From: an uncultured Chloroflexia bacterium
GTDB taxonomy: Bacteria; Chloroflexota; Chloroflexia; Thermomicrobiales; Thermomicrobiaceae
Assembly (NCBI GenBank): GCA_963785465.1
Contig: CAWAVM010000004.1
Location: 9,908 to 73,907, forward strand
Direction of reading: 5' to 3'
Length of the DNA stretch: 64,000 bases
Every line of letters begins with the position of its first letter. The first letter of the stretch is position 1. Below are positions 51,811 through 61,554 of this stretch, piece by piece. Below the pieces are notes generated by a model that ran no database searches, was not told where the DNA came from, and was given only the letters and a program-made list of their open reading frames with translations. Made by a program: the position numbers and the translations under genes.

Positions 51811-52053
51811 TTAGCCGATCGTCGGTGCGGCAACCTTGCCTTGCTGGATCGCCCGAACTGCCTCGACTGTGACGCCCTGTCCGCCGATGCCCCAGTCTCC
51901 GCTCTTGACATTGTCGTCAATCAAGACCCAAGTCACAGGCCGCATGCTTTCACCTTCGACTGAGAGCATGGCGTCGGTGACACGATCGATCATCTGCTGC
52001 TTCTGCTCGGCACTGAAGACACCTTCGATAACTTTGATTGTTACGAGTGGCAT
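51811..52053 (-). CDS. tautomerase-family protein (4-OT-like, Pro-1)
   Basis: The MPLVTIKVIEG N-terminus gives catalytic Pro1 after Met removal. AGGAGA RBS. The track ORF starts 6 codons earlier. Confidence 0.7.
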   Translation of the reverse strand: MPLVTIKVIEGVFSAEQKQQMIDRVTDAMLSVEGESMRPVTWVLIDDNVKSGDWGIGGQGVTVEAVRAIQQGKVAAPTIG

Positions 52054-52447
52054 AGAGATTTCTCCTATCAATCGTTGGATTTCAGTCGTTTCAGGGTATT
52101 TTTCCCAAACCTATTGAAGCGCCGCCAAATGTTCGACAGGGTGCGCCGTGACGGGCAACATTGCGAACGACGATGGTCCGGATGCTCTGCTCAGCTTCAC
52201 CCGTCCAGACCTAGCGGCACGCCTGCAAAAACCCACACCTCCATTCATCTCCGGAGCGACGACTCCTAATATCGGGAACACGTCATCGCCACCCACGTGA
52301 TTGCGATTAGTGAGACTGTAGAGCACGCTCGTCAACGAACGATCAAAGAACTGTCAAAACGACCGTTGCGCTCGGACGTTTGACGTGTCATTCTTCTGAT
52401 GCTGATGACAGCACAAATTAGATTCCCCTCTGAGATTTGAGTCCGAT

Positions 52448-55400
52448 ATGTCGCAACTAACGCTCTCGCTTTTCGGGCCAGTCAAATGCACCCTAGGCCA
52501 CGATCTGATCGTCTCGTTTGCCTACGACAAGGTGCAAGCGCTCTTGTTCTATCTGGTGGTTCAGTCGGAGCGCCCTCAGCGCCGAGAAATGCTGGCAGGG
52601 CTGCTTTGGCCGGACAACGAAGAGACAAACGCTCGACACAGCCTGAATCAGGCGCTCTGGAATCTGCGACGAACCATCGGCGGGCGCGATGTCACTGTTC
52701 CCGTCCTGCGCTCTTCACGAGAGACCATTCAGTTCAACTCGGAAGCTGACTGTTTCATCGATGTTCTCGAATTCGAGGCACTCTTCAGACGCGCTGATCG
52801 GCACGTCCACCGCAACCCCCAAACATGTGTTGATTGCAAGGGTTGGTTGACCGAGGCAGTGAAACTCTATCGTGGCCCGTTCCTTCAACAATTCTCGCTG
52901 GCCGACTGCTCTGAATTTGAAGAATGGATGCTGGTAAAACGGGAACAGTTTCACCAGATGGCAATCGACGCTCTTGGTCGCCTGGCCGGTTTCTGTGAAC
53001 ATCATGGCGATGACCAGCAGGCGATCGTTTATCTCCGGCGGTTGCTTGAACTGGACGATTGGCGCGAGGACTATCATCGCCGTCTGATGCGGCTGTTTGC
53101 GCGAACTGGACAGCGCCCGGCCGCGATAGCTCACTTCGACCGGCTGAAGGACATGCTCAAGGCGGAGCTTGATTCCGATGTCGAGCCAGAAACACGTGCG
53201 CTGCGTGACGCCATCCAACAGGCAACTTCCAAGAACGGTACCGAGTCAACAAATCATCCGGATCGTCCCTCTCCATCATTTCGCCTTCCCACGCAAGTCA
53301 ACCCTCTCGTCGGACGCAACCATGAGCTGAGTGATCTCGCTGATCTCATTGCCAGCGGCGAACATCGTTTCGTGACACTGGTTGGTCCAGGCGGCATCGG
53401 CAAGACGCGTCTGGCGTTGCAAGTGGCAAGTGATGGGACAGGGACATTCTCCGACGGTGTTTGTTTCGTACCTCTGGCCGGGGTTGAATCGTCTCACGGT
53501 CTTGTTCAGGCGATCGCCGACGCTCGATCTCTCCCCTTTTACGGCAAACGCGATCCTTTGGATCAGCTCCTCGATGACCTCCACAACCAGGATCTTCTGC
53601 TGGTTTTAGATAACTTCGAGCACCTGCTCGATGGTGCCGGATTATTGGTCGACATCCTCAACCGCGCGCCCCATGTTCAGATCATGGTCACATCGCGAGA
53701 GCGGCTCAACCTCTACGGCGAGCACGTCTTTCCCGTGAAGGCGCTGGATGTTCCCTCATCAGATGAGGAATTGGACAAGATCGAGCGATCCGGAGCGGTG
53801 CAACTCTTCATGCGGAGCGCGCGACGAGCGAACGCCGGATTCAGCATTCGAGCCTCCGACTTCCCCAGCATCATCCGTGCGTGCGAGTTGGTAAGCGGGA
53901 TGCCACTCGGAATCGAGCTGGCCGCAGCCTGGGCACCAATTTTGACCTGTCAGGAGATCGCCCAGGAGATCGAGCGCAGCCTCGACTTCCTGACGACCTC
54001 ATTGCGCAACGTGCCAGAGCGCCACAGGAGTATGCGTGCGGCGTTTGACCACTCCTGGCAGTTGCTCACCGAGCACGAGCGCGATGTCTTCGTACGACTC
54101 TCGACTTTCCGTGGCGGATTTCAGAAGGAGGCAGCCGAGCGGGTGGCTGGCGCGACGTTGTCGTCGTTGCTTGCCCTCGCCAGCAAGTCATTCTTGTCGA
54201 GAAACTCGTCAGGTAGATTCGAGATTCACGAACTGCTGCGCCAATATGCAGCGGAAAAGCTCGACCAAATGCCGAAAGAGAAGGCAACGACGTACGACGC
54301 GCATGCTCTCTACTACGCGGAGTATCTGTTCCTTGGCGAACAGCGGCTTAAAGGAGACGAGCAGCGCATAGCGCTCGAGGAGTTGATACACGAGGGCGAA
54401 AATATCCGGTCGAGTTGGAACTGGGCCCTGACCCAGAGACGGACCGAGATCCTTCAGATTCTCGCTCACGTCTGGTTGTTCTACGAAATGACCGGTCGCT
54501 ATCAAGAACTTGTCGGGTTACTCACTGACTCGATTCAGGTATTGGGCCAACGTGACAACGACCAAGACCAGATCGCTCTTGGTCGAGCCCTCTCACGTCG
54601 AGCGACATCGCTATTGCGTATCGGCGCCTACGAAGACAGTGAAGCAACTTTGCAGCACAGCAATGACATCATGCTTCGACACGATGAGTTCGCGGAAGTC
54701 GGCCTGAATCTCCATTTCCTGGCTATGAGAGCGCATATCGATGAAGACTATCTAAACGAGGAGCGTCTCCTTGAAGAAAGCTTGCGCATGACTCGTCTCG
54801 CTGGAGACCAGTGGGTTACCGCCTACTCACTCAACGATCTCGGGATGGTCGCTTCCATACTTGGCGATCATGATCGAGCACAACAACTGATCCGAGAAAG
54901 CCTTGATATCATGGTCGCGATTGATGATTGGCGTGGAAGGGCGTTTGCTCTAAACAACCTCGGCGCAGAGCTGAATCGTCTCGGTCGGTGTGCCGAGGCG
55001 CAACGCATCCATCAAGAAAGCCTCGAGATCCGACGACAAATCGACAACCGGTGGGGAGTGGCACAGTCACTCGCTCAGATCGGGGCCATCGCGCAATCGA
55101 TGGGAGACTACGCCGAATCAGCGAACCGTTTGCGCGAGGCCCTGCGGATCGCGAGCGATTTACGCGCCTTCCCGCTCGTCTTAGACGTGCTTGCTGAGCT
55201 GGCAGAGCTGTTTGTCTTGCAAGGGATGGAGGAGATCGCGTTCACGATCATGGCGCGGATTGCCGAACATCCATCTAGTGGACCATCGATTCGTGCCAGA
55301 GCGCAACAGCTCTACGAGGCGTTGCACGACACTTGCCCCACCATCCAGTCACCTGACGTTGACTACTCCGTGTCGACGACCGATCTCGATGACATGATCG

Positions 55401-55486
55401 CGCTGGCGCTCGAGGTCGAGCCAGACGCCTTCAACACATATCGGCACAAGCCAACCGTCGAACGACCGGAAAACTCTGTGAGGTAA
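52448..55486 (+). CDS. SARP/AfsR-like regulator: BTAD DNA-binding domain, NB-ARC ATPase and TPR repeats
   Basis: N-terminal OmpR-like/BTAD (LSLFGP...LLFYLV...YHRRLMRLF), Walker A GPGGIGKTRLA, and a C-terminal TPR-like array. 1012 aa. Confidence 0.8.
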   Translation: MSQLTLSLFGPVKCTLGHDLIVSFAYDKVQALLFYLVVQSERPQRREMLAGLLWPDNEETNARHSLNQALWNLRRTIGGRDVTVPVLRSSRETIQFNSEADCFIDVLEFEALFRRADRHVHRNPQTCVDCKGWLTEAVKLYRGPFLQQFSLADCSEFEEWMLVKREQFHQMAIDALGRLAGFCEHHGDDQQAIVYLRRLLELDDWREDYHRRLMRLFARTGQRPAAIAHFDRLKDMLKAELDSDVEPETRALRDAIQQATSKNGTESTNHPDRPSPSFRLPTQVNPLVGRNHELSDLADLIASGEHRFVTLVGPGGIGKTRLALQVASDGTGTFSDGVCFVPLAGVESSHGLVQAIADARSLPFYGKRDPLDQLLDDLHNQDLLLVLDNFEHLLDGAGLLVDILNRAPHVQIMVTSRERLNLYGEHVFPVKALDVPSSDEELDKIERSGAVQLFMRSARRANAGFSIRASDFPSIIRACELVSGMPLGIELAAAWAPILTCQEIAQEIERSLDFLTTSLRNVPERHRSMRAAFDHSWQLLTEHERDVFVRLSTFRGGFQKEAAERVAGATLSSLLALASKSFLSRNSSGRFEIHELLRQYAAEKLDQMPKEKATTYDAHALYYAEYLFLGEQRLKGDEQRIALEELIHEGENIRSSWNWALTQRRTEILQILAHVWLFYEMTGRYQELVGLLTDSIQVLGQRDNDQDQIALGRALSRRATSLLRIGAYEDSEATLQHSNDIMLRHDEFAEVGLNLHFLAMRAHIDEDYLNEERLLEESLRMTRLAGDQWVTAYSLNDLGMVASILGDHDRAQQLIRESLDIMVAIDDWRGRAFALNNLGAELNRLGRCAEAQRIHQESLEIRRQIDNRWGVAQSLAQIGAIAQSMGDYAESANRLREALRIASDLRAFPLVLDVLAELAELFVLQGMEEIAFTIMARIAEHPSSGPSIRARAQQLYEALHDTCPTIQSPDVDYSVSTTDLDDMIALALEVEPDAFNTYRHKPTVERPENSVR

Positions 55487-55489
55487 AAC

Positions 55490-57592
55490 GTGAGCGCTGT
55501 CCAGCCAAGAGAAGCCGGTCGCCTGAACTTGAGCGGCTTCGAGATTGCGTACGCGGAGTTCGGAGAAAAGCACAATCCTCCCGTACTGCTCATGCCAACA
55601 TGGCAGATTGCGCCGTTCCGTCACTGGAAAATGCAGATTCCGCATCTTTCCCGCTCTCGTCGCGTGATCGTATACGACCCACCAGGAATTGGTGGAGGGG
55701 AACGAACGACCGATTCGCGGGCGTTTGAGGTCGATCGGGTGATCGATTACGGCATCGGCGTGCTCAACCATCTTAACATCGAGCAAGCAGACGTACTCGG
55801 CTTCTCGCTCGGTGGTGGTTACGCGCTCTGGCTGACTGCCAGGTTTCCAGAACGCGTAAACCGGCTACTGTTGATCGCGCCGGTGCTCCCGGCGTGGACG
55901 CTGAGGGACGATCCTGGTTTTTGGGAGCAGCGAGATTCATATGAGGGATGGGAGAAACGTAACGCCAATTACTGGCGCAAACACTACGACGACTGGCTCG
56001 AATTCTTCTTCGGTCAGGCTTGCAACACTCCGTTCTCGACGAAGCTCATCGAGGACCTGGTCTCCTGGGCACAAGAAACCACACCGGACATCCTGGAAAA
56101 AACCGTGGCAAATCCCGGACTATTACCGGAGCTGTCAGTCGATGACGTGATTGAGCATATCGCCTGTCCAGTCGTGATCATCCACGGGGCAAGCGACAAG
56201 GTTGCGGGCATCCAGAACAGTCAGAAACTGGCGGACCAGAGGCCCGATTTCGGGTTCATCACCATGGAAAATTCTCCGCACATCCTCCACGCCCGCGAAC
56301 CAGTGCGCACAAACCTTGAGATCGACTCATTCCTCGGGTCGACGAAACCGGCCCGACGCAGCTTCACACCTGCCCACGCCCGAGCAACGCCGCGCGCCCT
56401 CTTCATTTCGAGCCCGATCGGGCTGGGGCACGTCCAGCGTGATCTGGCGATCGCGCGCGAGTTGCGCCGGCAAGTCCCAGATCTCAAGATCGATTGGTTG
56501 GCGCAGCAACCCGTGACCAGGGTGCTGGAAGTGGCTGGCGAGCACATTCACCCGCTAAGTCGACAGCTCGCAAGTGAATCGACCCATTGGGAAAGCTCGG
56601 CGCGGGATCACCGCCTCAACTGTTTTCAGGCATTCCGCGATATGGACGAAATCCTGCTGGCGAACTTCATGGTCTTTCTCGACGCGGTGCGAGAGTCACA
56701 CTACGACCTCTGGATCGGCGACGAGGCCTGGGAGGTCGACCACTTCCTTCACGAGAATCCCGAACTGAAGACAGCCCCGTACATCTTCATGACCGACTTC
56801 GTCGGATGGGTACCGATCGACCGAACGGCGGGATCTCGCGAGTCGTATCTAACAGCGGAATACAACCAGCAAATGATTGAGCAGGTCGAGCGGTATCCGT
56901 ACCTACGGGATCGTTCCCTCTATTTTGGTTCCTGGGACGATTTGCTCCCGGATCGATTCGGACCAGATCTGCCGTCCATTTCTGACTGGACTCGTGAGCA
57001 TTTCGATGCGGTCGGCTACGTCACGCCCTTCAATTCAGCTGATTATGTCGATCGAAAGATGCTTCGATCCCGCCTGGGGTACGATCCCGATCAACCGCTC
57101 GTCATATTGACTGTCGGAGGAACTGGCGTTGGTAAAGCCTTGCTGCGCAAGGCAATCGATGCATGGCCGCTGGTACATCGCGCATGCCCAGACGCCCACT
57201 GCGTTGTCGTTGCTGGTCCTCGGATCGACCGGAACAGACTCCCACAGCATGAGGCGATGGAGATTCTTGGCTACGTCCACAACTTGTACGAGCATCTCGC
57301 GGCGTGCGATTTGGCGGTGGTACAGGGTGGTCTGAGCACAACGATGGAACTCACGGTAAACCGGCGCCCGTTCATCTACGTTCCGATTCAAGACCACTGC
57401 GAGCAGGTCTATCACGTGACGCATCGGTTGAACCGCTACCGAGCCGGTCAACGTTTGGACTACCACCAGATCAACCGAGAAACGCTGGCTGAAGCCATGC
57501 TTGCAAACCTCGCTGCCGATACGAGCAGCTATCTCGCACACGTAGATGGAGCGGCTGCCCTCACGGCAACCCGTATTGCTGAGTTGCTGTAA
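55490..57592 (+). CDS. fusion protein: N-terminal alpha/beta hydrolase plus C-terminal GT-B (GT1/MGT-like) glycosyltransferase
   Basis: GFSLGGG nucleophile elbow at about aa 105. The C-terminal half has SSPIGLGHVQRDLAIAREL and VVQGGLSTTMEL...PFIYVP, resembling GT1/GT28 donor-binding motifs. The GTG start lies 3 nt after the SARP stop. Confidence 0.7.
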   Translation: MSAVQPREAGRLNLSGFEIAYAEFGEKHNPPVLLMPTWQIAPFRHWKMQIPHLSRSRRVIVYDPPGIGGGERTTDSRAFEVDRVIDYGIGVLNHLNIEQADVLGFSLGGGYALWLTARFPERVNRLLLIAPVLPAWTLRDDPGFWEQRDSYEGWEKRNANYWRKHYDDWLEFFFGQACNTPFSTKLIEDLVSWAQETTPDILEKTVANPGLLPELSVDDVIEHIACPVVIIHGASDKVAGIQNSQKLADQRPDFGFITMENSPHILHAREPVRTNLEIDSFLGSTKPARRSFTPAHARATPRALFISSPIGLGHVQRDLAIARELRRQVPDLKIDWLAQQPVTRVLEVAGEHIHPLSRQLASESTHWESSARDHRLNCFQAFRDMDEILLANFMVFLDAVRESHYDLWIGDEAWEVDHFLHENPELKTAPYIFMTDFVGWVPIDRTAGSRESYLTAEYNQQMIEQVERYPYLRDRSLYFGSWDDLLPDRFGPDLPSISDWTREHFDAVGYVTPFNSADYVDRKMLRSRLGYDPDQPLVILTVGGTGVGKALLRKAIDAWPLVHRACPDAHCVVVAGPRIDRNRLPQHEAMEILGYVHNLYEHLAACDLAVVQGGLSTTMELTVNRRPFIYVPIQDHCEQVYHVTHRLNRYRAGQRLDYHQINRETLAEAMLANLAADTSSYLAHVDGAAALTATRIAELL

Positions 57593-57673
57593 GGTGTCTC
57601 TGCTGGCATCGGTCCAACGTGGTCTAATAAGCCCCGTCGGCGACGGAGCATTCGAGAGGCGGTTACAGGGCTC

Positions 57674-58478
57674 ATGGCAGTGATACAGCTACCAACCGGT
57701 CGCAAGATCTACTACGACGAGATCGGCGAAGGACCGCCGCTTCTTCTCATCTGCGGTATGATCGGCGTCCGCCAGATCTGGTCGCCGCATGTCCCAGAGC
57801 TGAGCCGTCATTTCCGGTTGATCATGATCGACAATCGAGAATCCGGCGAAAGCGATCCGGAGGATGGCCCGTACAGTGTGGCAGACATGGCTGACGATGG
57901 CGCGAACCTGCTCGATGCCCTCTCGATCGATCGCGCCTATGTGCTTGGGCACTCGATGGGCGGATTCATCGCGTTGAACTTGACGGTCGATCACCCGCAT
58001 CTGGTCGAACGGCTCATTCTCGTCTCGACCACGGCCGCAACAGGCGCCGCTCTCGGCCGACCCGAACCGCAACTGGACCGCGACAACTGGATCAGCGATC
58101 CCGTCGAGCGAACTCGCCGCCAGCTACGGTCGGCCGCGGCATCCGGTTACTTCGATGCTCATCCTGAACAACTCGAGGCAGTGAGCCTACTCATGCGCGA
58201 CAATCGGCTGAGCTTCGACGGAATGGTGCGAAGAATGCAGGCGACCCATTCCAGCCACGACGTTCGCGCACGGCTAGTGAACGATCGCGGCTCCGACGCT
58301 CATTATTCACGGCGACGCCGACCGCTCCATTCCATTGGAGAATGGTCGGGTTCTCGCCGAGGGAATCCCGAACGCTCGGCTGACTGTGTTTGAAGACGTC
58401 GGGCATTTTCCGCAGCTCGAACGCACCGACGATTTTCACCGTGCCGTCATCGAGTTCCTGGAGTCAGGTTCAACTTGA
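57674..58478 (+). pseudogene. alpha/beta hydrolase, frame broken by one extra nucleotide near 58277-58284
   Basis: GHSMGG elbow in the annotated ORF. After ...DVRARLV the +1 frame reads TIAAPTLIIHGDADRSIPLENG...FEDVGHFPQLE (catalytic Asp and His blocks) up to TGA 58476-58478. Length minus 1 nt gives 268 codons. Confidence 0.75.
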
Positions 58479-58490
58479 CAACGCACCACG

Positions 58491-59633
58491 CTATTGTTCG
58501 AACCGAGCTGGTTTGAAGTCCTCGAGTCGTGGGTCCGTCGACCCGGCCAGGATCGACCGCGCCATCAGATCGGCAGTAATCACCGCCATCTGAATTCCCG
58601 TCTGGTAGTGGCCGGTCGCGACCCACAATCCATCGACGTCAGGAACCTGCCCCATGATCGGCTGGTCGTCGGCCGATCCGGGACGCAGTCCGGTCCACAT
58701 CGATGTGATTTCGCCGTCGAGTAGGGCCGGGGCAAGGTCAGCGGCGAGATCGAGACACCACCCGGTATTGCGTGCGAGCACACGCTTGTCAAAGCCAACT
58801 CGCTCTTTGGTCGCGCCGACAGCGACCGTCCCGTCGGTTCGGGGTACGAGATGCCCTCCGCCGTACTTGCCGATAATGGCATGCGGCATGACCGGCGCGC
58901 CGGCGATAGCCAGCATCTGCCCTTTGGAGGGAAGTGTCGGAATCGACGCTCCAACTCCCCCAGCGAGCTGCGCCGTCCAGGCGCCGGCGGCAAGCACGAC
59001 CTGACCGGCTTTCAACTCGCCATCCAGCAACCTGACTCCGGTGGCACGGCCATGTTCGGTCGAAATGCCGATGACCGGCGTATGCTCGATGATCCGAACG
59101 CCAGATCTGGCGGCAGCCTCGGAGATGACACGCGTCAGATCGTAGGTGAAGACGCTGGCTGCCTCATGAACCAGCACACCGCCCAGAACGTTTTCCGGCA
59201 GGACCGGTTCCAGATCGCGGGCAGCCGGGCCGTCGAGCCAGTCGACATGAAAGCCGAGTCCTGACTGCCAGTCAGCGAGAAGCTTCAGCTCAGCTGCCGC
59301 GTCTTCGTCGAGGGCGACGGTCAACTCGCCTCGTATCAGGAACCCCGTCCGGCTGCCGGTTGCGTCCTCGATTTGTTCGATGAATGCAGGGTAAGCCAGA
59401 ATGCTATTAGCCGTGAGTTCAGCCTTGGCATGCGGCGTGTCGAGCGATGAAGGTGGCGAGATGATCCCGGCCGCCGCGCCAGATGCTTCGCGACCCACCG
59501 AGCCCCGCTCGATGACGACCACCGAGTGTCCCTGACGACCCAGTTCATAGGCGATCGAACACCCAATGATCCCGCCGCCGATGACGGCGATATCAGGACT
59601 GCTGATCGATCTTAAGGAATCACTTCCGGCCAC
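58491..59633 (-). CDS. FAD-dependent oxidoreductase (DAO family; glycine/D-amino-acid oxidase-like)
   Basis: IAVIGGGIIGCSIAYEL dinucleotide-binding motif. 380 aa. Confidence 0.75.
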   Translation of the reverse strand: MAGSDSLRSISSPDIAVIGGGIIGCSIAYELGRQGHSVVVIERGSVGREASGAAAGIISPPSSLDTPHAKAELTANSILAYPAFIEQIEDATGSRTGFLIRGELTVALDEDAAAELKLLADWQSGLGFHVDWLDGPAARDLEPVLPENVLGGVLVHEAASVFTYDLTRVISEAAARSGVRIIEHTPVIGISTEHGRATGVRLLDGELKAGQVVLAAGAWTAQLAGGVGASIPTLPSKGQMLAIAGAPVMPHAIIGKYGGGHLVPRTDGTVAVGATKERVGFDKRVLARNTGWCLDLAADLAPALLDGEITSMWTGLRPGSADDQPIMGQVPDVDGLWVATGHYQTGIQMAVITADLMARSILAGSTDPRLEDFKPARFEQ

Positions 59634-59701
59634 ATCGACCTCCCATCGAGCCCTTTGAGCGCGCCGAACTCACGACGGCGAGATGATCCCGAAGGCGATC
59701 G

Positions 59702-61411
59702 TCAGCGACCAGCGGCGATGCCGATGCCAAATGGATCGGCGCCACCATACCGCAATCCGGTCTCGGGATCGACGGCTACGCCGGTGGGGCTGGCGAAGCC
59801 GCGTGGAGAGAAAGAGACCTCGACATCCACGACGTTATGGCCCATTTCCCGCAATGCGTCACGTGTCTCAGCAGGGATCCGATCATCGATCAAAAGTTCC
59901 GGTCCGGCACAATCAATTAGTGGCGCCGCACAGGCTGACTGAATATCCATGCCAAACTCGATCACGTCGAGTGCTACCTGCATGCAGGTGTCCATGATGC
60001 GACGTCCGCCCGGAGCACCGACACCTAATACGGGTACCCCATCCTTCACGGCCATGACGTGCGCCATACTGGAGGCTGGGCGTTTCCAGGGAGCGATCGA
60101 GTTGTTGCGTCCTGGCAACGGGTCGAACAGATTCATATTGTCATTGAGTAGCACGCCGGTGCCGGGAACGGTAACGGCCGACCCAAAGATCAAGGTTAGG
60201 GTCTGCGTCAGGGAGACCATGTTCCCGTCACCATCGACCACTGAAAGATGGGTCGTGCAACCGCCGTCGGCTTGAGAGCCGATTTGCGCGGACACACCAC
60301 GCGCGATACCTGATCCGGCCCGTGCGTTTGACGCCTGATTTGGGTTGATTTCGGCGCGACGGCGAGCTGCGTATTCCTTCGAGGACAGAGCAGCCCAATC
60401 GATGTCAACGACATCCGGATCACCTACGTAGGCGAAGCGATCGGCGTGCGATCGCTTGCTCGCCTCAGCAAGTAGATGCAAACTCGTCGTCGTATTGAAT
60501 CCAGTGGACCGCAGATCAAACCCTTCAGCGATGTTGAACGTCTCCGCAATCGTGATCCCGCCCCCCTGATAGGGAATCAGCAACAGGTCGACATCGCGAT
60601 AAGAAACGACCAATGGATCAACGATCGTTGGCTGGTACGTCGCGAGATCCTCGGTCGTGATGAGGCCACCGACCTTGTGCATATGTTCGGCGATCCGATC
60701 AGCAACCTCACCCCGATAGAAGCCATCTCGTCCATCGGCTGCGATCCGGCGCAACGTATGAGCCAGATCTGGTTGCGGGATTGACGGAAGCGCTTCGCCA
60801 AAGAGCGGCGCAGGCGTCGTGCCGTGACGCAGGAAGATACGCGACGTCTCGTGATCGCGCTGGATGACTCCAAGCTGGCTTGCAAGAAGCATCCCGTTGT
60901 ACCAGTTGATTGGGAGCCCAACTTCAGCGTATTTGATTGCGGGCGCAACCGCACGATCAATCCCGATCGTGCCAAATTGGTCTAACGCGGTCACCATTCC
61001 GGCGACCATCCCTGGTACCGCGGCCGAGAGGGGGCCATAGGCATTCGCCTGATCCTTGACACCCTGAAAACCGACGCCGTCGGCACGGAAATCCTCGGTC
61101 AATTCAAACATGTCCGGCTTGGCGGCAAGCGGTGCGCGCCCGAAATAATCAATCACCTTACGTTGACCGCCGGCCACCTGAATGGTCATAAAGCCAGCCC
61201 CGCCGACGCCACTCATCCACGGCTCGACAACGCCGATAGCAAACGCGGCCGTAACCGCGGCATCGATAGCGTTACCGCCCTCGTCGAGGACATCGAGCGC
61301 GGCCTTGACTGCCCACGGGTGCTTGGCAGCCACAATGTTATTGCGCCCGACCGCCAAATCACGTGAGATCCGGTGCGTGGTTTCTCGGTTCAACGTCAAA
61401 CTCCTCTTCAC
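59702..61411 (-). CDS. ggt: gamma-glutamyltransferase
   Basis: GGCTTHLSVVD autoprocessing Thr context and a C-terminal GADPRG-like GGADPFG. 569 aa. Confidence 0.85.
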   Translation of the reverse strand: MKRSLTLNRETTHRISRDLAVGRNNIVAAKHPWAVKAALDVLDEGGNAIDAAVTAAFAIGVVEPWMSGVGGAGFMTIQVAGGQRKVIDYFGRAPLAAKPDMFELTEDFRADGVGFQGVKDQANAYGPLSAAVPGMVAGMVTALDQFGTIGIDRAVAPAIKYAEVGLPINWYNGMLLASQLGVIQRDHETSRIFLRHGTTPAPLFGEALPSIPQPDLAHTLRRIAADGRDGFYRGEVADRIAEHMHKVGGLITTEDLATYQPTIVDPLVVSYRDVDLLLIPYQGGGITIAETFNIAEGFDLRSTGFNTTTSLHLLAEASKRSHADRFAYVGDPDVVDIDWAALSSKEYAARRRAEINPNQASNARAGSGIARGVSAQIGSQADGGCTTHLSVVDGDGNMVSLTQTLTLIFGSAVTVPGTGVLLNDNMNLFDPLPGRNNSIAPWKRPASSMAHVMAVKDGVPVLGVGAPGGRRIMDTCMQVALDVIEFGMDIQSACAAPLIDCAGPELLIDDRIPAETRDALREMGHNVVDVEVSFSPRGFASPTGVAVDPETGLRYGGADPFGIGIAAGR

Positions 61412-61554
61412 GACCGGGAACGCCGGCGCATTAGGGATCTGAGGCGTCGCAGCCTAGCAACGCTCCGGTGCGCGATCCGCGCTACGCTGCAATAGGTATG
61501 AATTCAGCGTGGTTGAGGCTCTCGCGAGAGCCGAAATAGGGCTACTCGCTCCAC

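Noticed and set aside
52448-55486. STAND NTPase with TPR as an Avs/bNACHT-type anti-phage sensor.
   Set aside because: The N-terminal effector position is occupied by a BTAD/OmpR-type DNA-binding domain. That is the architecture of AfsR/SARP transcription activators. No nuclease, TIR or protease effector is present.
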